From: Hyphomicrobiales bacterium
GTDB taxonomy: Bacteria > Pseudomonadota > Alphaproteobacteria > Rhizobiales > Rhizobiaceae
NCBI GenBank assembly: GCA_021775495.1
Contig: JAJFHT010000071.1
Location: forward strand, 4,244-68,243
DNA length: 64,000 nucleotides
Direction: 5' to 3'
A model generated the notes under the pieces. The model was given only the letters and a program-made list of their open reading frames with translations. It had not been told where the DNA came from and searched no databases. Below, one piece after another: positions 1 to 9,652 of this stretch (positions are counted from its first letter, which is position 1; each line of letters opens with the position of its first letter). The position numbers were made by a program, and so were the translations under genes.

Positions 1-84
1 CTCCGGCAGAGCAGTTGTGACCACGGTTTCTTAAGGCGCCGACGTTTAGAATTGCCGACCTGAAAAACCGGGGACCGGCAACAG

Positions 85-1182
85 ATGGGCAAAGACGTTG
101 ATTTCGGCCGCATAGCGACACTCGATCTCCTGCGATTGTTCGCAGCGCTGGCGGTTGTCCTGTTCCACTATCTGTTTCGTGGCGCAGCAGCTGATGACTA
201 CCTGGCATCCGGCTTCCCGATAGCAGCTCCATTTGCGCTCTACGGATATCTCGGCGTCGACCTGTTCTTCCTGATCAGCGGGTTTGTTATCGCCTGGTCG
301 GCGGAGGGACGCCGCTGGGATCTGTTTGCCATCGCCCGGTTTGCCCGGCTTTATCCGGGTTTTCTTGCCTGCATGAGTCTCAGTTTCATCGTCATGCTGA
401 TTGCCGCCTCGCCGCAATTTCCGACGTCGCTGACGCAATTCGCGGCAAATCTCTTTTTGTTTTCACCGGCGCTGGGTCAGCCGTTCATGGACGGCGTCTA
501 CTGGTCGATCGTGCTGGAAGTTGTATTTTACGGCTGGGTTACGCTGGCGTTGATGCTGGGCATCTTTGAAAAATGGAAGTTGCAACTCGTCACCGGATGG
601 TTGGCGCTGTGCATGCTGAATGAATTCGTCATCGGCAGCGGTGCTGCCCGGATGCTGTTCCTGACGGAATACGGCCCGTTCTTTGCCGGTGGAATTCTGA
701 TCCACCATCTGTTTTCAAAGGGAAGAAGTCCCGAGGGGCTGTTGCTGTTGGCCGCCTCATTCCTGCTATCCTGCAACATGCTGCTGATAGGCCAATCCTG
801 GATGCTTGCGCATTACGGCATAGCGGTTTCAACTCCGGCGTTGTTTGTTGCGAACCTGTTCATGTACGCCATATTGATCGCAGCCATCCGCTGGCGCACC
901 ATGGTGCCCTCCAGACCAGCCATTCTGATGCTCGGCGGCCTCACCTACCCGCTTTACCTGCTGCACCAGCACATTGGCTACATCGCCATCAACCACCTGG
1001 CACCGACAATCGGCAATTGGCCGGCCGCCGGGCTGGTCCTGGCGCTCATGCTGTTGTTGTCCTGGTGTGTGTGGCGACTTGTCGAAACACCGTCGCGACG
1101 CCGTATCATTGGCCTGTTGAATGCGGTCGCGGAGCGGATCAGGGCCCGCTTCGGTTCATCTGCGGTTTCGACCACTCCATAA
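85..1182 (+). CDS. Acyltransferase family 3 (OafA/YrhL-like) membrane O-acyltransferase
   Basis: 365 aa polytopic protein with family motifs LDLLRLFAALAVVLFHY, GVDLFFLISGFVI, RFARLYP, WSIVLEVVFY, TYPLYLLH and VETP. Confidence 0.85.
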   Translation: MGKDVDFGRIATLDLLRLFAALAVVLFHYLFRGAAADDYLASGFPIAAPFALYGYLGVDLFFLISGFVIAWSAEGRRWDLFAIARFARLYPGFLACMSLSFIVMLIAASPQFPTSLTQFAANLFLFSPALGQPFMDGVYWSIVLEVVFYGWVTLALMLGIFEKWKLQLVTGWLALCMLNEFVIGSGAARMLFLTEYGPFFAGGILIHHLFSKGRSPEGLLLLAASFLLSCNMLLIGQSWMLAHYGIAVSTPALFVANLFMYAILIAAIRWRTMVPSRPAILMLGGLTYPLYLLHQHIGYIAINHLAPTIGNWPAAGLVLALMLLLSWCVWRLVETPSRRRIIGLLNAVAERIRARFGSSAVSTTP

Positions 1183-1210
1183 AAACGGGGCGCCCCGTAA
1201 GGCGCCCCGA
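1181..1210. terminator. Rho-independent terminator between convergent genes (U-tract on the minus strand)
   Basis: AAAAA-CGGGGCGCC-ccgtaa-GGCGCCCCG, a perfect 9-bp stem. Confidence 0.75.
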
Positions 1211-1230
1211 TCAATCCGAAAACTGATGTG

Positions 1231-2298
1231 TTATTGCGGCAACGTGTCGTCGACGCCTTTGACGTAGAAGTTCATGCCAAGCATCGTGCCGATGTCGGCA
1301 GTTTCGCCTTCCTTCAACCACTCGGAGCCGTCCTGCTTGGTGATCGGACCGGAGAAGGGATGGAATTCACCGGATTTGATCTTGGCTTCGGTAGCTGCTG
1401 CAGTGGCTTTCACGTCGTCGGGCATGTTGGTGTATTCCGCCATGACAACGTGCCCTTCTTTCATGCCGGCCCAGGTGTCCTTCTGATCCCATGACCCTTT
1501 GGCCACGGCTTCAATGCGCTCAATGTAGTAGGGGCCCCAGTCGTCGACGATGGATGTCAGCTGGGTTTCCTTGCCGAAATTGATCATGTCGGACGCCTGG
1601 CCAAACGCCTTTATGCCACGTTCGGCTGCCACCTGCATCGGACCGGTGGAGTCGGTGTGCTGTGTGATCACGTCAACGCCCTGGTCGATCAGCGCCTTTG
1701 CCGCATCAGCTTCCTTGCCCGGATCAAACCAGGTGTTGACCCAGACGACCTTCAATTTGAAATCCGGGTTGACCGATTGCGCTCCAAGAATGAAGGAATT
1801 GATACCGCGGACGACTTCCGGGATCGGAAATGACGCGATGTAACCCGCAACGCCGGTCTTGGAGATCGAAGCGGCAATTTCGCCCTGAACATAGCGGCCT
1901 TCGTAGAAACGCGAACCGTAGGTCGAGACATTGTCATGCTCGCGCTTGTAGCCGGTGGCATGCTCGAATTTCACTTTCGGGAACCTGCGCGCAACCTTGT
2001 TGGTGGCGTCCATGTAGCCGAAAGAGGTTGTGAAAATGATATTGCAACCGGAGCGGGCGAAACGTTCGATTGCACGCTCGGCATCGGCGCCTTCCGGAAC
2101 GCTTTCCAGATACGCGGTTTCAAGTTCGTCGCCCATCGCCTTTTCCGCGTCGAGCAGGCCCTGATGATGCTGATAGGACCAGCCGAAATCACCTATCGGG
2201 CCAACATAGATAAAGCAGGCCTTGGTTTTGGCGTAAGCCGCCGTGGCGCCGAAGGAGACGAGTGTCGCCGCCGTCAATGCAAGCAGTGTTTTCTTCAT
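1231..2298 (-). CDS. BMP family ABC transporter substrate-binding protein (purine/nucleoside type)
   Basis: Signal peptide MKKTLLALTAA; motifs FIYVGPIGDFGWSYQH, IIFTTSFGYMD and WFDPGKEADAAKALIDQG; AGAGG RBS about 9 nt upstream of ATG 2298. Confidence 0.9.
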   Translation of the reverse strand: MKKTLLALTAATLVSFGATAAYAKTKACFIYVGPIGDFGWSYQHHQGLLDAEKAMGDELETAYLESVPEGADAERAIERFARSGCNIIFTTSFGYMDATNKVARRFPKVKFEHATGYKREHDNVSTYGSRFYEGRYVQGEIAASISKTGVAGYIASFPIPEVVRGINSFILGAQSVNPDFKLKVVWVNTWFDPGKEADAAKALIDQGVDVITQHTDSTGPMQVAAERGIKAFGQASDMINFGKETQLTSIVDDWGPYYIERIEAVAKGSWDQKDTWAGMKEGHVVMAEYTNMPDDVKATAAATEAKIKSGEFHPFSGPITKQDGSEWLKEGETADIGTMLGMNFYVKGVDDTLPQ

Positions 2299-2353
2299 GG
2301 AGTTCATCCTCTCTGTGTTCATCCTCTGTGTCAGGAGCTGGTTGATGGTGTTT

Positions 2354-3274
2354 TTATCGGTCAGGTACAAACGGCCGCCCCAACGAAGCCGGAGTGTTCA
2401 TCATGGTCAAACGCTTGTTCCGGGATATCAGAACCAGAACGATGATTGTAGCAACATATGGAAGCGAAGACAGCAATTGTGACGGTATTCCAAAGCCGAG
2501 TGCCTGGGCATGCAGCTGTCCTATGGTGACAGCGCCAAACAGATAGGCACCGGCAAGAACCCGCCACGGACGCCAGGACGCAAATACCACCAGAGCGAGC
2601 GCGATCCAGCCGCGGCCGGCGGTCATGTTCTCGGTCCATTGCGGTGTGTAGACCAGCGACAGATAAGCGCCGGAAAGCCCTGCACACCCGCCACCGAACA
2701 TCACGGCCATATAACGGATGCCGATGACCGAGATGCCCAGAGCATGCGCCGAGCCATGGTTGTCGCCAACCGAACGCAAGGTCAGCCCGGCACGGGTCTT
2801 GAACAGGAAATAGACAACGGCGGCCGTCAGCGCGATCGAGATGTAAAACACCGGATCCTGGCCAAATATCAGTTTGCCGACCAATGGAATGTCGGACAGG
2901 CCAGGGATGTAGACGCTGGCGAGTTTCACTCCGGGCTGGCCGACGAAACCCTCCCCGAGCATCCCGGAAAAACCAAGACCAAGCAGTGTCAGCGCAAGCC
3001 CGGTTGCGACCTGATTGGTGACCAGGGTCAGGGTGAGAAAGCCGAACAGCAGCGAAAACAGCGCGCCGACAATGATTGCGGCAATCAAGCCGAGCCATGC
3101 ACTTCCGGTCATCAGAGCGATGGCAAAACCTGTCACGGCGCCCATAACCATCATGCCTTCCACACCGAGGTTCAGAACTCCGGAGCGTTCTACAACCAGT
3201 TCACCGACAGCAGCTATCAGAAGCGGGGTCGCCGCCGTGGCAATCGTCAGTAGTACAGCTTCAAGCGTTCCCAT
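2354..3274 (-). CDS. ABC transporter permease (nucleoside/sugar type)
   Basis: GELVVERSGVLNLGVEGMM and AGRGWIALALVVFASW motifs; start set at MGTLEAVLL. Confidence 0.9.
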   Translation of the reverse strand: MGTLEAVLLTIATAATPLLIAAVGELVVERSGVLNLGVEGMMVMGAVTGFAIALMTGSAWLGLIAAIIVGALFSLLFGFLTLTLVTNQVATGLALTLLGLGFSGMLGEGFVGQPGVKLASVYIPGLSDIPLVGKLIFGQDPVFYISIALTAAVVYFLFKTRAGLTLRSVGDNHGSAHALGISVIGIRYMAVMFGGGCAGLSGAYLSLVYTPQWTENMTAGRGWIALALVVFASWRPWRVLAGAYLFGAVTIGQLHAQALGFGIPSQLLSSLPYVATIIVLVLISRNKRLTMMNTPASLGRPFVPDR

Positions 3275-4367
3275 GGGAAACCTCCCCTGTCCGCTCTGTT
3301 TGCGGACGTGTGATGCGAATTTGGTAGTGTATGAGCGCGTCGCTGGCCAAAACGAAGAACAGAAGCATGCCCTGGAAAACGCGTGCGGTCTTGTCGGAAA
3401 CGCCAATGGATATCTGCGCGGCCTCGCCACCGAGATAGGACAGGGCCAGCACAAGGCCCGCAGCCACGATGCCGAGCGGGTTGAGCCGCCCAAGGAAGGC
3501 GACGATGATGGCTGTGAAGCCGTATCCGGGGGAAATCACCGGCCGCAATTGCCCAATGGCGCCAGCGACCTCGGATATTCCGGCCAACCCTGCCAGGCCA
3601 CCGGCCGTCATGAAGGCGAAGAACACCATTTTTGAAGACGAGAACCCGGCGAATCGTCCGGCACGCGGGCTTTGGCCAAGCAATTTGATCTCGAAACCCT
3701 TCAGTGTGCGCGAAAGCAGGAACCAAAGAACCACTGCGGCGATTAGCGCAAAAAGGAATCCCCAGTGTGCCCGACCCGACGACGACAGGATCTCAGGCAG
3801 CACAGCGTAATCATGGAAGTTCCGGGTTTCAGGGAAATTGTATCCTTCCGGATTGCGCCATGGACCGCGTACCAGCCAGTCGAGGAACAGCTGTGCGACA
3901 TAGACCAGCATCAGGCTGGATAGAATCTCATTGGTGCTAAAACGAACCTTCAACCATGCCGGGATGGCGCCATAGGCGGCACCGCCGGCGATCCCCATCA
4001 GCATCATCAAAGGCAAGACGATCCAGGACTGAAATTCGGGAAACAATACCGGCAGGATCGATCCGGCAACTGCCCCCATGACAAACTGGCCCTCTGCCCC
4101 GATATTCCAGTTGTTGGATAGGAAACAGACCGACAATCCGACGGCGATGAGGATAAGCGGCGCCGCCTTGATGGCTAATTCGTGCAGCGACCAGACCTCC
4201 GTGAGCGGATCGATGAAATAGAAATACAGAGCCGAGGCCGGGTTCTTGCCAAGGATTGCAAACAAAATGGCTCCGGCCACAAGTGTCAGGCCAAAGGCGA
4301 TGAATGGAGACAGAGCGCTGAAAAGCACCGAGTGCTGTGGTCGTTTGACCAGTTCGATGCGCATCAT
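3261..4367 (-). CDS. ABC transporter permease (nucleoside/sugar type)
   Basis: WNIGAEGQF, TNEILSSLML and GYGFTAIIVAFLGRLNP motifs. Confidence 0.9.
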   Translation of the reverse strand: MMRIELVKRPQHSVLFSALSPFIAFGLTLVAGAILFAILGKNPASALYFYFIDPLTEVWSLHELAIKAAPLILIAVGLSVCFLSNNWNIGAEGQFVMGAVAGSILPVLFPEFQSWIVLPLMMLMGIAGGAAYGAIPAWLKVRFSTNEILSSLMLVYVAQLFLDWLVRGPWRNPEGYNFPETRNFHDYAVLPEILSSSGRAHWGFLFALIAAVVLWFLLSRTLKGFEIKLLGQSPRAGRFAGFSSSKMVFFAFMTAGGLAGLAGISEVAGAIGQLRPVISPGYGFTAIIVAFLGRLNPLGIVAAGLVLALSYLGGEAAQISIGVSDKTARVFQGMLLFFVLASDALIHYQIRITRPQTERTGEVSHGNA

Positions 4368-5938
4368 CAGGCAGTTCCTCCGGCATGGGTTGCGGCAGAG
4401 GCATCGGCCCCGCCCATCAAAAGCCCAACTTTTTCATAGGTCGCCTCGGCAATTGGCACCGGTTCGGACAAATGACCGTCGTGCATCACGCAGATCGAAT
4501 CGGAGACTTCAAACAGCTCATCCAGATCCTGACTGATGATCAGCACGGCGGAACCGCTCCTGGACAGGTTGATCAGAGCCTGGCGAATATGCGCCGCCGC
4601 ACCCGCATCGACCCCCCAGGTCGGTTGATTGACAATCATTACCGACGGTTCACGGCTCAGTTCGCGCCCGACGATAAACTTTTGCAGGTTGCCGCCGGAC
4701 AGTGCCGACGCTTCGGGATCGACCGCGCTTTTGCGCACATCCATGTCTTCGATGATTTTTTGCGATGCCTGCGATATGGTGTCTGTGCGGATGACCCCCA
4801 GCGAACCGAGAAACGCCGAACCGTCGGTTGCATGCCGGGACAGCAGCAAATTATCCGATAGACGCATGGCCGGAGCAGCACCATGGCCGAGCCGTTCTTC
4901 GGGAACAAAAGCCGCCCCCATCTGACGCCGCCCGGAAATATCGAGGAGACCGGCACCCTTGTGGCGTATCCGAATAACTTCAGCGCTGTCCTGCAACACC
5001 TCGCCTGAGATTGCCTCGAAGAATTCTCCCTGACCGTTGCCGGCCACGCCGGCAATACCGATCACCTCACCAGCATTGACGCTTAGCCAGATGTCCCGCA
5101 GTGCAATCGAAAACTGGGTTGCGGCGGCACGGCTCAAGCCGCGAATCTCAAGCAGCGCCTCGCTGTCATCATTCTTGACGGGGGCTTCGCGGACGATCTG
5201 TTTGACCTCACTGCCGACCATCATGCTTGCCAGAGAGGCTGCAGTTTCCTTGCTCGGATCGCAATGATCGACAACCTTGCCATGGCGCAGCACCGTCGCA
5301 CGATCACAAAGCCGCTTCACTTCGTCGAGCCGATGCGAAATGTAGAGAATGGATTTGCCTTCGGAACGCAGACGCTCAAGCGTCTCGAACAGACGGTCGG
5401 CTTCCTGCGGTGTCAGAACAGAGGTCGGTTCATCCAGAATGATCAGTTGCGGTTCCTGCAGCAAGCACCGGATGATTTCGATGCGCTGGCGCTCTCCGAC
5501 AGAAAGGTCACCAACCAGAGAATAGGGATCAAGCGGCAGACCGTATGCTTCCGACAGATCCCGTGCCTTTTCGGCGATTGTCGAAATCGGCGTGTCGTCA
5601 TCCAATGAAAGAGCTATGTTTTCGGCAGCAGTCAGCGCTTCGAACAGCGAGAAATGCTGGAACACCATACCGATTCCGATGCTGCGTGCCTGTCCGGGGC
5701 TCGTTATGGTGACCTGACTGCCGTTCCAGGAAATCTCACCCGCCGCCGGTTCGAGCGAGCCGAACAGCATTTTCACCAGGGTGGACTTGCCTGCACCGTT
5801 TTCACCGAGCAGAGCATGGATTTCACCCTTTTCGATGGTCAAATCGATCGAGTCGCACGCCTTCAGCGTTCCGAACACCTTGGTCAGGCCACGCACGTCC
5901 AGCAGGATTTCACCGGTAGATTTCGGTTGTTTGCTCAT
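4367..5938 (-). CDS. ABC transporter ATP-binding protein with two ABC domains (CUT2 type)
   Basis: Walker A GENGAGKST, LSVGERQR, ILDEPT, and a second domain with LSGGNLQK and QPTWGVD; start at MSKQPK. Confidence 0.92.
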   Translation of the reverse strand: MSKQPKSTGEILLDVRGLTKVFGTLKACDSIDLTIEKGEIHALLGENGAGKSTLVKMLFGSLEPAAGEISWNGSQVTITSPGQARSIGIGMVFQHFSLFEALTAAENIALSLDDDTPISTIAEKARDLSEAYGLPLDPYSLVGDLSVGERQRIEIIRCLLQEPQLIILDEPTSVLTPQEADRLFETLERLRSEGKSILYISHRLDEVKRLCDRATVLRHGKVVDHCDPSKETAASLASMMVGSEVKQIVREAPVKNDDSEALLEIRGLSRAAATQFSIALRDIWLSVNAGEVIGIAGVAGNGQGEFFEAISGEVLQDSAEVIRIRHKGAGLLDISGRRQMGAAFVPEERLGHGAAPAMRLSDNLLLSRHATDGSAFLGSLGVIRTDTISQASQKIIEDMDVRKSAVDPEASALSGGNLQKFIVGRELSREPSVMIVNQPTWGVDAGAAAHIRQALINLSRSGSAVLIISQDLDELFEVSDSICVMHDGHLSEPVPIAEATYEKVGLLMGGADASAATHAGGTA

Positions 5939-6069
5939 ATCTCTCCCTGACGTTTCCCGACGCCTGATCAATCCTATGCGGAGGGCATTACCACTGCAAA
6001 GCGGGGTGAGTCTTGAAAGAGCTTCAATAAATCGATGGGGAGTTGCATCAACAGCGGCGACGGTAGAGA

Positions 6070-6789
6070 TCAGCTGTTTGTCGCGCCAAGCCGAGGAAAC
6101 AACTGCATAATTGCGCCGACAAAGAACAGATAGACGCTAGAGACTGCGACCCCGATCTTGATCCACTGGTCCGCATGCATGTTTTGCAGTAACGCAATCG
6201 CACCGAGTCCGCACCAGATAAAGAACACCGTGAGATTGAGGGTCCGCAATCGAATGACTCGCACGGGATGCAGGAAATTGACCGGCAAAAACGTAAATAT
6301 TGCGCAGATCAGCACGACACCAAAAGAGACCCATTCACCCGGCTCGGCAACAAAAAGCGTAAAAACCACCATGTTCCAGACCACCGGAAAACCTCGAAAG
6401 AAGTTTTCGCGTGTCTTCATGCCGGTGTCAGCATAATAAACCGCACTGCTGATGACGATGATCGCGGCCGACAGGAAAGACAGCCCCTCACCCATAAATC
6501 CCCGCTGATACAGGGCAAAGGCCGGAATGAGCACATAGGTCACGTAGTCGATGACGTTGTCCAGCATATCGCCGGACCAGTTCGGCAGCACTTCTTTGAC
6601 TTGCAGCTTACGGGCAATCGGACCGTCAATTCCGTCAACCAAAAGCGCCAGCCCAAGCCACCAGAACATTGCGGGCCACCGCAACTCGCTGGCTGCGACG
6701 AGCGAAAGAAAAGCCAAAAAAGACCCCGACGCCGTCAGCAAATGGACGGAAAACGCCTTTGCCTGAGGTGCGGTGACCCTCTTTTTCAC
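6070..6789 (-). CDS. pcs: Phosphatidylcholine synthase (CDP-alcohol phosphatidyltransferase)
   Basis: AFSVHLLTASG, DGIDGPIARK...GDMLDNVIDY and FFRGFPVVWN, typical of rhizobial Pcs; GTG start. Confidence 0.9.
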   Translation of the reverse strand: MKKRVTAPQAKAFSVHLLTASGSFLAFLSLVAASELRWPAMFWWLGLALLVDGIDGPIARKLQVKEVLPNWSGDMLDNVIDYVTYVLIPAFALYQRGFMGEGLSFLSAAIIVISSAVYYADTGMKTRENFFRGFPVVWNMVVFTLFVAEPGEWVSFGVVLICAIFTFLPVNFLHPVRVIRLRTLNLTVFFIWCGLGAIALLQNMHADQWIKIGVAVSSVYLFFVGAIMQLFPRLGATNS

Positions 6790-7400
6790 GGGCCGCGCCA
6801 GTCCAGCTTGCAGATCTCTGCGGACCGTCCAGCGAAATTCCAGTTGCGACCAAATGCCCGCATCCGGCTTTTGTCCGATTTGGCAATGATAATATCTTCG
6901 GCAATCCAGTATTCGGAATTCCTGATGACAGTGTCTTCGCCCCGGGATTTACCCGGAATCGGGGTTACGGCCCCGTCTATGATCTTCGGAATATTGAACA
7001 CCCGCGTCTTGTCCTGGGTCTCATAGGAAATCGGCACCTGCTGAACACCAAGAAACTGCCCGACTAGAATCGACAGCAGCGACGTCGTTCCACCGGCTTT
7101 TCCGGTGAATATCTTGGTCAGCGCTTTCACAGCGTAGATTGAGGCCCGCTTGTCGATGAACAGGCCCGCCGTCCAGTTACCCCGGCTCATATATCCCGGA
7201 ATTTCCATGATCAGTCCCAGATTGAGGCCGGAAAGATCGACATCGCCGAAGTGACCGGCATCGACCCGGAATCCCGCCCAGGTCTGACAATACCCCTCGG
7301 TCGGAGGGTGATTTCCAAGCGACAACACGCATGGGCAAAAGACTGTGCAATTGCAGGATAGGACGAGCTCACCGGTCAGAGCCCAGGATTGATCAGTCAT
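6786..7400 (-). CDS. DUF1326 family Cys-rich protein
   Basis: N-terminal W...G....SCNCTVFCPC...PTEGYC pattern and GDVDLSGL. Confidence 0.8.
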   Translation of the reverse strand: MTDQSWALTGELVLSCNCTVFCPCVLSLGNHPPTEGYCQTWAGFRVDAGHFGDVDLSGLNLGLIMEIPGYMSRGNWTAGLFIDKRASIYAVKALTKIFTGKAGGTTSLLSILVGQFLGVQQVPISYETQDKTRVFNIPKIIDGAVTPIPGKSRGEDTVIRNSEYWIAEDIIIAKSDKSRMRAFGRNWNFAGRSAEICKLDWRGP

Positions 7401-8321
7401 TTACAATGTTCCCTGTGTCTGCAGGATCAAGATTAAGAACAGTCCGAGCGCCCACACAAGCAATATTGCACCGGCAAGATAGGTTGTCACATGATTTGCC
7501 GCCTGTTTCTCAGCGGTGGTGAACACCGCAAGCAAAGCCATCCAGAAAACATTGGCAAGACCGACGGCGAACATCACCAACATCAGCGCCCAACAACAGC
7601 CAAGGCACCAGAGCCCCTGTTCTATCCCAAGGCGGTAGACCGTTGCCGGCCTGACGCTCCAGCGTGAAAACAACATGGAAAACGGATTTCGGCACTTTTT
7701 CAGGCAGGCGTCCTTGAGACCGCTGAACTGGTAAAGCCCGGCGCCCAGCAGAGCCACTCCTCCGGCCAACAGAGAACCGGCACCGAGACCTGAACCATTG
7801 CCAGTGGACATACGTTGAAAAAACATCGATGCGGCGGCAAAAACAACGGCGGCAACCAACCACACCGTCAGATAACCAGCCACCAGAACCAGCGGATGAA
7901 CCACCGGTTTTTGCTCCCGCCTGGCTGTATCGGCGATCTCACAATAGGTTCGAATCATCGGTGCAGCGGACGGAAGCATCATTGCCAGCGCCATGAGGAA
8001 CCACATGGCAACCAGCGCCAGTCCCTGAGGAATGGTTGCCGCGGCAGCAAACGATGGGTTGAGGCAGAGTTGAAAAAAAGTATCCAGAAAGGGCGGCAAA
8101 GCAATATCGGGCAGACTTTCAAGCAAGGCGGCGCCCGGCCCGAACTTGCCGAGAGTAAAGGTTTTTGCGGCCCGGATTCCCATCCCGAGCAAAATGGCCC
8201 AGGAAAGAACGATCAGTGAGATCAACAGCCCATAGGTCACGATACGCTTTTGCACGACGATGCCCACGGTCGCCCGCCCGGCCAGATCTAGATTGCCAAA
8301 GCTGTCCCCGTCGTCACTCAT
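7401..8321 (-). CDS. DUF2182 family predicted metal-binding integral membrane protein
   Basis: WFLMALAMMLPSAAP, GLYQFSGLKDACLKKCRNP and GLWCLGCCWALMLVMFAVG; start at MSDDGD. Confidence 0.85.
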   Translation of the reverse strand: MSDDGDSFGNLDLAGRATVGIVVQKRIVTYGLLISLIVLSWAILLGMGIRAAKTFTLGKFGPGAALLESLPDIALPPFLDTFFQLCLNPSFAAAATIPQGLALVAMWFLMALAMMLPSAAPMIRTYCEIADTARREQKPVVHPLVLVAGYLTVWLVAAVVFAAASMFFQRMSTGNGSGLGAGSLLAGGVALLGAGLYQFSGLKDACLKKCRNPFSMLFSRWSVRPATVYRLGIEQGLWCLGCCWALMLVMFAVGLANVFWMALLAVFTTAEKQAANHVTTYLAGAILLVWALGLFLILILQTQGTL

Positions 8322-8440
8322 GTCACTGCCTGTGAGCCAATTCGTCCCATTGCATGCCAACTCCCTGCCCTGCCATATAGTGCACGAACAGCGGGTCTGG
8401 AAACCAGACCATTTGCGGTTTTTGAAAGGGCATCGAGGCC

Positions 8441-9652
8441 GTGCCAGAGACACATCAAAGCGAGATACTGGTCGCCGGCACCGGGCCCGCGGGCCTGATC
8501 GCGGCGCTCGCCTTTGCCGACCAGGGTTTCAGGGTTCTGCTTGCGGGGCCCGAACCGAACGACCGGGATGAGCGAACGACGGCACTGATGATGCCGGCGG
8601 TACGGTTTTTGCAGGACCTTCACGACATGACCGGTCTTGTCGATGACGCCGCGCCGCTCAAGACCATGCGGATAGCGGATGCGACCTCACGCCTCATCCG
8701 CAGCCCGTTTGTCAGCTTCAATGCCTCAGAAATCGGCGAAGACGCTTTTGGTTTCAACTTCACCAACCGATCACTGAACCGGCAGTTGGCGCATGCTGTT
8801 GGAGCCAACACTTCAATCTTCCGGCAGCACGGTTTCATCTCGAAATGGAAACCGGGAGAGCAAAATGTCGCTGTCGAATTTGACGACGGCACCGGAACGG
8901 AAGCGAAGCTGGCGGTCGCGGCGGATGGCCGGAACTCTCCTGCGCGCGCTGCGATTGAGATCGCAACACGCCGAATGGATTATCGCCAATCGGCTTTTGT
9001 GACCGATTTCGAGCACGAACTCGACCATGAGAATGCTTCAACCGAGTTTCACACCGATACCGGCCCGTTTACCCAGGTTCCCCTGCCCGGCAAACGATCA
9101 AGCCTGGTATGGATGGTCCGGCCGGAAACCGCAGACGAACTGATGGCAATGGATGCGGCTGCGCTGTCCCGGGCGATCGAAGACAAAATGCAATCCATGC
9201 TCGGGAAGGTGAAAGCCGGAACGGCGCGCCAAGTCTATCCGCTCTCGGTTCTGCTCGCACATTCTTTTGCCAGAAAACGGGTTGCCCTAATCGGGGAAGC
9301 CGCGCATGTGTTTCCGCCAATCGGCGCTCAGGGGCTCAATCTCGGCATTCGCGACGTCGGCGACCTGATATCAGCCGTGAAAGCCAAACCCGACGATCCC
9401 GGTTCTGCTGACGTGCTGGCTCACTACAACCGCCTGCGTCGCCCCGATATTCTTGCCAGGACCGGATCGGTACATCTTCTCAATCAATCGCTGCTGTCGG
9501 ACATGCTGCCGGCACAGATCGCTCGCCGTGTCGGTCTGTCTCTTTTGGACGCGTTTGCACCGTTACGCGGATTATTCATGCGTGAAGGCATGCATCCCGG
9601 CAGCGGCTTTCAGCATTTCAAATCAGCCGCTCGGGAACAGATCCGGCGGTAG
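8441..9652 (+). CDS. UbiH/UbiF family FAD-dependent ubiquinone biosynthesis hydroxylase
   Basis: GTGPAG Rossmann fold, DERTTAL, AADGRNS and LIGEAAHVFPPIGAQGLNLGIRD. Confidence 0.88.
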   Translation: MPETHQSEILVAGTGPAGLIAALAFADQGFRVLLAGPEPNDRDERTTALMMPAVRFLQDLHDMTGLVDDAAPLKTMRIADATSRLIRSPFVSFNASEIGEDAFGFNFTNRSLNRQLAHAVGANTSIFRQHGFISKWKPGEQNVAVEFDDGTGTEAKLAVAADGRNSPARAAIEIATRRMDYRQSAFVTDFEHELDHENASTEFHTDTGPFTQVPLPGKRSSLVWMVRPETADELMAMDAAALSRAIEDKMQSMLGKVKAGTARQVYPLSVLLAHSFARKRVALIGEAAHVFPPIGAQGLNLGIRDVGDLISAVKAKPDDPGSADVLAHYNRLRRPDILARTGSVHLLNQSLLSDMLPAQIARRVGLSLLDAFAPLRGLFMREGMHPGSGFQHFKSAAREQIRR

